Source: Terriglobia bacterium (lineage in GTDB: Bacteria; Acidobacteriota; Terriglobia; Bryobacterales; Bryobacteraceae). Taken from it: a stretch of 24,000 nt of DNA. Below, one piece after another: positions 15,120 to 22,653 of this stretch; position 1 is the first letter of the stretch; every line of letters begins with the position of its first letter. The position numbers and the translations under genes are program-made. The notes under the pieces are model-generated. The model did not search any database. It had not been told where the DNA came from and worked only from the letters and a program-made list of their open reading frames with translations. The stretch lies in the NCBI GenBank assembly GCA_021324185.1, contig JAJPJN010000006.1, positions 24,034-48,033 of the forward strand, given 5' to 3'.

Positions 15120-17786
15120 ATGAGTAAGGAGTTGGTGATTGGATCCAATCGCCATGAGACGAAAGTAGCCGTATTAGAAGACGATCAACTCGTCGAGGTT
15201 TACTTTCAGCGCGCGAATGAGTATTCGCTAGCAGGCAGCATCCATAAAGGGCGTGTTACCCGCGTGCTTCCGGGCATGCAATCGGCGTTCGTAGACCTTG
15301 GTCTGGAGCGCGATACGTTTCTTTACGTCTCTGATTTTTTTGAAGAACACGACGATATAGATATCGCCGAGGAGAAGCCGGCGCGCGGCGAGCGGCGGGA
15401 GCGCGATCGCGGGCAAGGCCGGGGGGGCGAGCAGCGTTTCTCCGGACGAGCGCCAGAAGAACGCAGCGCCGAGGTTCGCGAGATCCGGCCCGCGGGTGCG
15501 GAACCGGAAGCCGCAGAATCCGATCAGGGGGAACGCGAAGCGGGAGTTTCCGCAACCGAGGTACAGGGTGCGGTGGCGCCAGCAGGAATCGAAAACCGGC
15601 CGCAGGAGCAACGCAATGAGGATCGCGGATTTCGCAATGAGGGCCGCAACCGGCGCGGGCGCCGGAGACGCCAGCGGGGGCGCGGATTCCCGGAGAACAA
15701 GTATGCCCAGCCAGTGACGGCAGCGGCAGCTACCCCGGAGGCGGCTGCCGGTGAATCCGACAAAGAGGAGGAAGGAGGCGAAGTAATCATACTGCCTGGC
15801 GAGTCCTTGGCGAAATATCGCCAGCGGCCCGGCGGTGCGGAAGGATCGGGATTGGAGGAAGCCGCGGGTACAGCGCCGGAGTTTTCAGCTTCGGCCACCG
15901 AGGAACCGGCGGGCCAGCCCGATACAACGCCTGAGGAGCAAGAGGCGATTGAGGAAGAAGCCGAGGAACTCGAGCTAACCGAGAAAGTCTTTTCGCATCA
16001 CGACAACGAAAGTGCGGAAGAGGTCGAAGAGAAGATCGAAGAAGTAAAGCAGGACCAGCCACCTGAGCCCGAAGAATCCAATGCGGAGCGGCAGGCTGCT
16101 CCGCCGGAGCAAGGCTCTGTGAGGGTATTTCCGATAGCTCCAGAGCCGTTCGCCGCGGCTGACTTTGGTGTTTACGCTCCGGAGGCGGAAGCGAACGAAG
16201 CGGCGGAAATGGCGGAAGAGGATGGGATTGATGCCGCTGAAGCGGCCGCCGAGACTGCGGCGGAGTCGGCTGAAGCGGAAGAGTTCGATGTCTTTGAGCC
16301 GGAAGAAGGTTCCGAGGCGCCAGCGTTGACCGAAGAGGGAGCAGGTAGCACGGGCACGGAACCTGCGCATGCACAGGTGGCGAGCGTCCGCGATGAAGGC
16401 GGCCGCTATATGCATCGTGTATCGCGGCGGATGCGGCGCAGACGCGGCGGGAACCGCTTTGGCACGAGTCCGGAATATGGCGTGGCGGCAACCGGCGGAG
16501 GCGCCGGAGCGGCGGTTGCCCGCGAACCTGAAATCCGCCGGGAACAAGTGGAGGAGCGCGCCAGTGAAAAGCCGGATCGCGCCATGCCCTCCATTACGGA
16601 GCTGCTGAAGGCGGGCCAGGAGATCATTGTCCAGATCGCGAAGGAACCGCTGGGGCAGAAAGGCGCGCGCATCACATCGCACATTGCGCTGCCGGGCCGT
16701 TACGTGGTCTTCATGCCGAGTGTTTCGCACCTGGGGGTTTCGCGAAAGATTGCGAGCGATGAAGAACGCCAGCGGCTGAAACGCATTCTGCAAACCCATC
16801 GGGTAGGAACTAGCGGCGGGTTCATCGTGCGCACCGCGGGCGAAGGTGTTTCCGAAGACGAGATCGCCGCCGACATGAATTTTCTGTACAGTCTCTGGCT
16901 TGATATTCGCCAGAAGGCGGAGAAGAAACCTGCGCCCGCGCTGCTGCACTGCGACTTGGATGTCGTACAGCGCATTCTGCGCGATCAGGTTACGGACGAG
17001 TTTAAGTCCATTTGGGTCGACAACGAAGAGATGTATGAAAACGTGGTGACCTTTATGCAGCGCTTTCAACCGGCATTAGTGAACCGGGTGAAGATGTACA
17101 CCCGCAACGCGCCGATTTTTGACGCCTTCAACATTACGCAAGAGCTGGAGAAAGCGCTGCGGCCAAAAGTCTGGCTGAAGTCGGGAGGATACATCGTCAT
17201 CAATCAAACCGAAGCGCTGGTTGCCATTGATATCAATACCGGAAAGTATGTCGGCAAATCCAATCGTTTAGAAGATACGATCGTCAAGACCAACACGGAA
17301 GCGGTGAAGGAGATTGTGCGGCAGATCCGGCTGCGCGATTTGGGCGGGATCATCGTTGTCGATTTCATCGACATGGATGAGCGCAAGAACCGGCAGAAAG
17401 TGATGCAGGCGCTCGAGGACGCGATGCGGGCCGACAAAGCGCCTTATAAGATTCTTCAGTTTAACGATTTCGGCTTAGTTGCGATCACGCGCAAGCGAGT
17501 GAAGCAGAGTTTGGAGCGGACGCTGTGTTCACCGTGCCCGTATTGCGAAGGCGCCGGGTATGTCAAAAGCGTGCAGACGATTGTGAGCGAGATTCTGGTG
17601 GAAGCGCAGAAGGTAAGCAAAGCGCTGGAGGGCAAGGATGTTGTTCTGCGCGTTCACCCGGACGTGGCCAAAGTTTTAAAGGCGAGCAATAACAATTACC
17701 TGAACGAGCTGGAAGACATCCTTGGGCGGCCCGTGCTGGTCCGGGGCGATCCATTGCTGCATCACGAAAAATTCGATTTAGCGTAA
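15120..17786 (+). CDS. rng: Rne/Rng-family endoribonuclease (RNase G-sized catalytic core with a ~414-aa disordered insertion in the S1 domain)
   Basis: 888 aa. S1 first half GSIHKGRVTRVLPGMQSAFVDLGLERDTFLYVSDF; S1 second half ITELLKAGQEIIVQIAKEPLGQKGARITSHIALPGRYVVFMP; catalytic LRDLGGIIVVDFIDM; Zn-link CSPCPYCEGAG. Synteny next to rod-shape genes matches E. coli rng. The symbol is tentative, since the protein could functionally act as RNase E. Confidence 0.9.
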   Translation: MSKELVIGSNRHETKVAVLEDDQLVEVYFQRANEYSLAGSIHKGRVTRVLPGMQSAFVDLGLERDTFLYVSDFFEEHDDIDIAEEKPARGERRERDRGQGRGGEQRFSGRAPEERSAEVREIRPAGAEPEAAESDQGEREAGVSATEVQGAVAPAGIENRPQEQRNEDRGFRNEGRNRRGRRRRQRGRGFPENKYAQPVTAAAATPEAAAGESDKEEEGGEVIILPGESLAKYRQRPGGAEGSGLEEAAGTAPEFSASATEEPAGQPDTTPEEQEAIEEEAEELELTEKVFSHHDNESAEEVEEKIEEVKQDQPPEPEESNAERQAAPPEQGSVRVFPIAPEPFAAADFGVYAPEAEANEAAEMAEEDGIDAAEAAAETAAESAEAEEFDVFEPEEGSEAPALTEEGAGSTGTEPAHAQVASVRDEGGRYMHRVSRRMRRRRGGNRFGTSPEYGVAATGGGAGAAVAREPEIRREQVEERASEKPDRAMPSITELLKAGQEIIVQIAKEPLGQKGARITSHIALPGRYVVFMPSVSHLGVSRKIASDEERQRLKRILQTHRVGTSGGFIVRTAGEGVSEDEIAADMNFLYSLWLDIRQKAEKKPAPALLHCDLDVVQRILRDQVTDEFKSIWVDNEEMYENVVTFMQRFQPALVNRVKMYTRNAPIFDAFNITQELEKALRPKVWLKSGGYIVINQTEALVAIDINTGKYVGKSNRLEDTIVKTNTEAVKEIVRQIRLRDLGGIIVVDFIDMDERKNRQKVMQALEDAMRADKAPYKILQFNDFGLVAITRKRVKQSLERTLCSPCPYCEGAGYVKSVQTIVSEILVEAQKVSKALEGKDVVLRVHPDVAKVLKASNNNYLNELEDILGRPVLVRGDPLLHHEKFDLA

Positions 17787-17837
17787 GCGTTGGGGTAAAC
17801 TGAGTTCGCCCGCAGTCTGAACCTAAAAATTCAATCC

Positions 17838-17927
17838 GGAGAGATGGCCGAGTGGTTGAAGGCGCACGCTTGGAAAGCGTGTTTAGGGGAAACTCTAACG
17901 TGGGTTCGAATCCCACTCTCTCCGCCA
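17838..17927 (+). tRNA. tRNA-Ser (anticodon GGA), class II with long variable arm, encoded CCA
   Basis: Acceptor GGAGAGA / TCTCTCC, anticodon stem-loop CACGC-TTGGAAA-GCGTG (anticodon GGA), long variable arm, T-arm GTGGG-TTCGAAT-CCCAC, discriminator G, and CCA at 17925-17927. Confidence 0.95.
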
Positions 17928-17986
17928 TATTTATCCATGACTTGCCGGATTTAAACCACCTAAAACATCATTTTTTGTGAGCTGAT

Positions 17987-18463
17987 TTAGCCACGATTTT
18001 GAGAAAGTCCAGCCGCATCGCGGCTGGCAGCGCAAATCTCTTCGAAGCGGGCGATGGAGGCGAGTCCCGCTCGTAGCTGGTCGGCGCCGAGTTGCTTTTC
18101 AAACTCGCGTTGCAGGCGGTCGAGCGTTCGGATGACGCGCATTGCGGTGCTCTTGCCCGCCGGGCGCAAAAAGAGATTCAACGCCCGGGCGTCTTCCGGA
18201 TCTATGCGGCGCCGCAGAAGCCCACGAGCTTCCAGCGCGGAAATGCAATGGCTCACGTTGCCGCGCGTCGTGTGGAGCGTGGCTGCGAGACGGGACGGCT
18301 TGATCGCCCTTGGTTCCTCAAAAAAGATGGAGACGAGGACGAGGGCTTCCAGAAAGGTGACGCCTGAAGCGCCTAGAATACGCGCCACATCCGCTTCGAG
18401 GCGCTGCGCAGCACGACGCACAGCAAATACCGGGCTATGCTCCAGGAATGTCTGAATCCGCAT
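17987..18463 (-). CDS. MarR-family transcriptional regulator
   Basis: 158 aa. LEALVLVSIFFEE...PSRLAATLHTTRGNVSHCISALEARGLLRRRIDPEDARALNLFLRPAG is the MarR wHTH and wing pattern. Divergent from bioB across 69 bp. Confidence 0.88.
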   Translation of the reverse strand: MRIQTFLEHSPVFAVRRAAQRLEADVARILGASGVTFLEALVLVSIFFEEPRAIKPSRLAATLHTTRGNVSHCISALEARGLLRRRIDPEDARALNLFLRPAGKSTAMRVIRTLDRLQREFEKQLGADQLRAGLASIARFEEICAASRDAAGLSQNRG

Positions 18464-18532
18464 AGATAATTGAATAACTCAACTATTCTATTGCAAACTA
18501 AAACGTCCTTGACCGGAATCAGATAAAGGCGC

Positions 18533-19468
18533 ATGCTGGTGCGGATGACGGAACACTCCCGGCGCGCACACGACCTTTACCGGCTGCCGATATTCGACCT
18601 GCTCTTCGAAGCACATTCGGTTCACAGGAAATTTCATCGCCTCGACGATGTTCAGCGCTGTGCCTTGCTCTCAATTAAGACGGGCGGTTGTCCGGAAGAT
18701 TGCTCGTATTGTGGCCAGTCCGCGCGTTATCGAACGGGCGTGGAGCGCGAGCCTCTACTTTCGGTTGAGCGTGTGCGCGAGGCGGCGAAGGCTGCGAAGG
18801 TTCACGGCGCGCAGCGCTTTTGCATGGGGGCGGCGTGGCGCCAAGCGCCCGACGGGGAACCGTTTGCGCGCGTGCTGCAGATGATTCGGGAGGTGAAAGC
18901 GCTCGGGTTGGAGGCCTGCGCCACCTTGGGAATGCTGACATCACAGCAAGCATCGGCGCTGAAGGACGCGGGCCTCGACGCGTACAACCACAACCTGGAT
19001 ACAAGCCGCGAGTTCTATCCAAACATCATCACCACGCGCAGCTACGACGATCGTTTGGCGACGATCCGGGCAGCCCGTGCTGCTGGCCTTACGATTTGCA
19101 GTGGCGGCATTTTGGGAATGGGCGAAACGCCGGAAGACCGATGCGCGATGCTGGCGGAATTGGCCGCGCTCGATCCACAGCCTGAATCGGTTCCAATCAA
19201 TCTTTTGATGCCGATGCCTGGGACGCCGCTCGCGAATGCAGCGCCGGCCGGGCCACTGGATCTGATTCGCACGATTGCGGTAGCGCGCGTACTGATGCCG
19301 AGGAGCCGCGTCCGCCTGGCTGCCGGGCGCGTTCGCCTTTCGCTCGAAACGCAATTAATGGCTTTTTTCGCCGGCGCGAACTCGATTTTTATTGGCGACA
19401 AATTACTCACCGCGCCGAACTCCAGCGCCGCCGATGATGAAGCTGTGCTGGCCGCAATGGGAGTGTAG
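18533..19468 (+). CDS. bioB: biotin synthase (radical SAM)
   Basis: 311 aa. CPEDCSYCGQS (CxxxCxxC radical-SAM cluster), YNHNLDTS, and CSGGILGMGE. First gene of a tightly packed bio operon. Confidence 0.95.
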   Translation: MLVRMTEHSRRAHDLYRLPIFDLLFEAHSVHRKFHRLDDVQRCALLSIKTGGCPEDCSYCGQSARYRTGVEREPLLSVERVREAAKAAKVHGAQRFCMGAAWRQAPDGEPFARVLQMIREVKALGLEACATLGMLTSQQASALKDAGLDAYNHNLDTSREFYPNIITTRSYDDRLATIRAARAAGLTICSGGILGMGETPEDRCAMLAELAALDPQPESVPINLLMPMPGTPLANAAPAGPLDLIRTIAVARVLMPRSRVRLAAGRVRLSLETQLMAFFAGANSIFIGDKLLTAPNSSAADDEAVLAAMGV

Positions 19469-20605
19469 ATGTATTTGCGCGATCGCATTTCGAAGCGAAT
19501 GCGCGAGTTTGCCGCGGCAGCGCTGCTGCGCAAGCTTCAGCCGCCGCACGGCATTGATCTATGCTCGAACGACTATCTGGGGCTCTCCAGGCATCCCGAA
19601 GTGAAGCGGCGCATGGCCGATGCGGTGATGAGCGAGGGCTGCGGATCGACCGGGTCGCGGCTGCTCCGCGGCGAGCGATCAGGTTTCGCAGCCATCGAAA
19701 AACGCTTCGCGCGTTTCAAAGGGACCGAGGCCGCATTATACTTTTCCAGCGGCTACGCGGCGAACATCGCGGTGCTGGCGACCTTCCTGGAGCCGGATGA
19801 CACCGTATTCTCCGATGAGCTGAATCATGCGAGCCTGATTGATGGAATCCGGCTTGGACGGGCACGCAAGGTCATCTTCCCGCATTCGGATGTGTCGATG
19901 CTGGCGCGGAAGCTCGAGAACGAATCCTGCGCAGGACAGCGGTTTATTGCAGCCGAGTCTGTCTTCAGCATGGATGGCGATGTTGCCCCTTTGAAAGGCT
20001 ACGCTCGCCTTGCTATGAGCACAGGGGCGGTGCTGATTATCGACGAAGCGCACGCGGTTGGGATTTTCGGCGAACGCGGATCGGGCTGCATCGAGGCGCA
20101 AAATATCGGCTCTACTGCACTACTCTCGATCAATCCGATGGGCAAAGCCTTCGGATGTGCCGGAGCATTTGTCTGCGGACCCGCGTGGGCGATCGACTAT
20201 CTGGCACAGCGCGCCCGCCCATTTGTGTTTTCAACTGCTCCGCCGCCTGCGATCGCGGCGGCGATCGAGGCGGCACTCGATCTCGTGGAACGGAATTTCG
20301 AGGAGCGCAAACGGGTCCTTTCGCTAGCGCGCTTTCTCCGGCAGTTGCTCGCCGAACGCGGATTCAAGGTGGAACTGCAAGGATCGCAAATTATTCCGGT
20401 GGTGATCGGAGGCAATTGCGAGGCGACCAGCGTGGCTGGCTCACTTCAGAATGCGGGCTTCGATGTGCGAGCGATTCGTCCGCCTACGGTGCCCGAAGGA
20501 ACGGCGCGGCTGCGGCTCTCGGTCAATGCGAGCCTTACCGAAAGCATTCTAGGCCGCTTTGCGGATACTTTGTATACGGCTGTGCGGAGTGTTGCGGCCG
20601 CATGA
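19469..20605 (+). CDS. bioF: 8-amino-7-oxononanoate synthase
   Basis: 378 aa alpha-oxoamine synthase. NDYLGLS, the GSTGSRLLRG loop, DEAHAVG, and a PLP-lysine region (PMGKAFG). The ATG abuts the bioB TAG (19466-19471). Confidence 0.92.
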   Translation: MYLRDRISKRMREFAAAALLRKLQPPHGIDLCSNDYLGLSRHPEVKRRMADAVMSEGCGSTGSRLLRGERSGFAAIEKRFARFKGTEAALYFSSGYAANIAVLATFLEPDDTVFSDELNHASLIDGIRLGRARKVIFPHSDVSMLARKLENESCAGQRFIAAESVFSMDGDVAPLKGYARLAMSTGAVLIIDEAHAVGIFGERGSGCIEAQNIGSTALLSINPMGKAFGCAGAFVCGPAWAIDYLAQRARPFVFSTAPPPAIAAAIEAALDLVERNFEERKRVLSLARFLRQLLAERGFKVELQGSQIIPVVIGGNCEATSVAGSLQNAGFDVRAIRPPTVPEGTARLRLSVNASLTESILGRFADTLYTAVRSVAAA

Positions 20606-21270
20606 AACTCGCAAGAGCGCCCGGCCTCTTCGTCACAGGGACAGACACGAATGTCGGGAAAACGGCACTCTGTGCGGCGCTGATATGCCGCTACCGGCCT
20701 GTAATGCCGGTTCGGTACTGGAAACCGGTCCAGACCGGTTCCCCCGAGGACGATGATACGGCCGTGGTGCGGAGACTCGCCGGCTGCAGCGATCTCGAAA
20801 TTCACGATTGCGGGATTCGGCTACCCAGGCCTTTGTCGCCGCATTTATCTGCATATTTAGCCGGCGTGCGACTAGACATTCCAAGCATTCGAAAAATGGC
20901 AAATGCCGGTAGCGGTTGGATTGTCGAAGGCGCCGGCGGGGTGCTGGTGCCTCTAAACGAGGCGGATCTCATCATTGATCTCATTAGGGAGTTGGGTCTG
21001 GCTGCAGTCATAGCGGCCCGTTCCTCGCTGGGCACCATCAATCACACGCTGCTCACGGTGGAAGCGCTGCGCGCACGATTTATTCCCGTAGCCGGCGTAG
21101 TGATGATTGGCGACCCGAATCGCGAAAACCGCCGCGCAATTGAAGCCTACGGACGTGTGGCTGTGGTCGGCGAGATGCCGCGCTTTCCGCTGCTCGCGAG
21201 CGATGAGTTGAACGATTGGGCGCAGGCGCATCTCGATCCAAACTCGATACTTGAATCTTTTCTCAGATGA
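20602..21270 (+). CDS. bioD: dethiobiotin synthetase
   Basis: The 222-aa product starts MKLARAPGLFVTGTDTNVGKTALCAAL (P-loop GTxTxVGKT). The ATG at 20602 overlaps the bioF TGA (ATGA). The ORF-track entry 20155..21270 shares this frame, but its first 149 codons overlap bioF and are not coding. Confidence 0.92.
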   Translation: MKLARAPGLFVTGTDTNVGKTALCAALICRYRPVMPVRYWKPVQTGSPEDDDTAVVRRLAGCSDLEIHDCGIRLPRPLSPHLSAYLAGVRLDIPSIRKMANAGSGWIVEGAGGVLVPLNEADLIIDLIRELGLAAVIAARSSLGTINHTLLTVEALRARFIPVAGVVMIGDPNRENRRAIEAYGRVAVVGEMPRFPLLASDELNDWAQAHLDPNSILESFLR

Positions 21271-22577
21271 ACCTTCAGGAGATCGATCGCGCTTACGTCT
21301 GGCATCCGTACACGCAAATACGAACGGCGCCACCTTCCATACCGATCATCCGCGCTGAGGGCGTTTATCTTTATACCGAAGACGGGCGCCGGATTCTGGA
21401 TGGAATTTCATCCTGGTGGGTGAACATTCACGGGCACAGCCATCCGCGATTGAATGAAGCGCTGGCGCGCCAGGCTCGTGAGTTGGAGCACGTGATGTTC
21501 GCCGGATTCACGCATCGCCCGGCGGTCGAATTGGCTGAGCGGCTGATCGAACTCCTTCCCGGGGGCCTTGCCCGAATTTTTTATTCTGACAACGGATCCA
21601 CTGCGGTTGAAGTGGCGCTCAAGATGAGCTTCCAGTACTGGCAAAATGCCGGACAGCCGCGCCGGCGCGAATTCATCGTGCTGGATCACGCGTATCATGG
21701 CGACACGGTTGGCGCGATGTCAGCGAGCGCCGAATCGCCGTTTACCGCTCCTTTCCTGCCGCTGCTATTTCCGGTTGGACGCGCTCACGCGCCGTATTGT
21801 TTTCGCTGCCCGGTGGGATGCAACCGGTCTTCCTGTTCCATCGATTGCTTGCGAAGTCTGGAATCGATTCTGGCTTCTCGCGGGGATTCCATTGCTGCCG
21901 TGCTGGTCGAACCGATGTTGCAAGGGGCCGGCGGGATGATCGTCTGGCCGGTCGAGTTTCTTACCGGCGTACGGCGCCTGTGCGATCAATACGGCGCGCT
22001 CATGATCGCGGACGAAGTGCTTACCGGATTCGGCCGCACCGGAAAAATGTTCGCTTGCGAGCACGGTCCGGTCCGGCCGGATATCGTGTGCCTTTCCAAG
22101 GCGCTGACGGGCGGGTACCTTCCTCTGGGGGTTACCGCTGCCACGACGGCAATTTACAACTCTTTCCTGAGCGAAGATCGTCGAAAGACATTTTTTCACG
22201 GTCACTCCTTTACTGCGAACCCTTTGGCGTGTGCCGTAGCGCTGGCTAGCCTGGATCTGCTCCACGAAAATCGCTCGATCGAACGGGTACTGCGTTTGGA
22301 ATCTCTGTTCCGGGCCCGGCTGGCTCCACTGCGCTCGATGCCGGTTGTGTCCGATGTGCGGATTCTTGGTGGAGTTGCCGCGCTCGAGTTGCACACGCAG
22401 CAGGGTGGATATTTAGAACCGATCGGGACGCGGCTCGGAGCGGAATTCCTGAGCTGCGGCCTTTTGCTGCGCCCGTTGGGTAACATTCTGTATTTCATGC
22501 CGCCGTACGCCATCACCGATGAGGAGGCGCACTGGGCAATCGACCAGATCGAAGCAGTGCTAGGCGCAATGGCGTAG
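21267..22577 (+). CDS. bioA: adenosylmethionine-8-amino-7-oxononanoate aminotransferase
   Basis: 436 aa class-III aminotransferase. VWHPYT, SSWWVNIHGHSHP, DEVLTGFGRTG, and the PLP-lysine in LSKALTGG. The ATG overlaps the bioD TGA (ATGA at 21267-21270). Confidence 0.95.
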   Translation: MNLQEIDRAYVWHPYTQIRTAPPSIPIIRAEGVYLYTEDGRRILDGISSWWVNIHGHSHPRLNEALARQARELEHVMFAGFTHRPAVELAERLIELLPGGLARIFYSDNGSTAVEVALKMSFQYWQNAGQPRRREFIVLDHAYHGDTVGAMSASAESPFTAPFLPLLFPVGRAHAPYCFRCPVGCNRSSCSIDCLRSLESILASRGDSIAAVLVEPMLQGAGGMIVWPVEFLTGVRRLCDQYGALMIADEVLTGFGRTGKMFACEHGPVRPDIVCLSKALTGGYLPLGVTAATTAIYNSFLSEDRRKTFFHGHSFTANPLACAVALASLDLLHENRSIERVLRLESLFRARLAPLRSMPVVSDVRILGGVAALELHTQQGGYLEPIGTRLGAEFLSCGLLLRPLGNILYFMPPYAITDEEAHWAIDQIEAVLGAMA

Positions 22578-22653
22578 CAGGTGCCCGGGTAATCTCGAGG
22601 GACAATCGGTACTCGCAAGTGAAGTTTGCTCAGCGCTCGTAAACGTAGCAGCG

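Noticed and set aside
15975-17069. 364-aa minus-strand ORF, plus other long antisense ORFs (5353..6174, 7133..7918, 21765..22394, 12315..12773, 15787..16491)
   Set aside because: Each lies entirely antisense to a confidently identified gene (rng, glmU, the wHTH-TPR regulator, bioA, mrdA). Their translations are Arg/Pro/Ala-rich low-complexity with no motifs. These are typical shadow ORFs of GC-rich coding DNA.
17563-17928. 121-aa minus-strand ORF
   Set aside because: It overlaps the tRNA-Ser gene and the 3' end of the RNase gene, and shows no coding features.
17838-17990. tRNA-Ser as a possible genomic-island integration site
   Set aside because: I could find no integrase, no direct repeat of the tRNA 3' end downstream, and the flanking genes (MarR, bio operon) are ordinary chromosomal content.
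18491-18498. BirA-operator-like half-site TTGCAAAC upstream of bioB
   Set aside because: There is no inverted partner (GTTTGCAA or GTTTACAA) within the expected ~15 bp on either side, so I do not call a bioO-type operator.
20155-20601. The 5' extension of the 371-aa ORF 20155..21270, read as a single gene
   Set aside because: The first 149 codons overlap bioF out of frame and read as Arg/Gly/Cys-rich noise. Genuine bioD begins at ATG 20602 with the GTDTNVGKT P-loop and an ATGA overlap with bioF.
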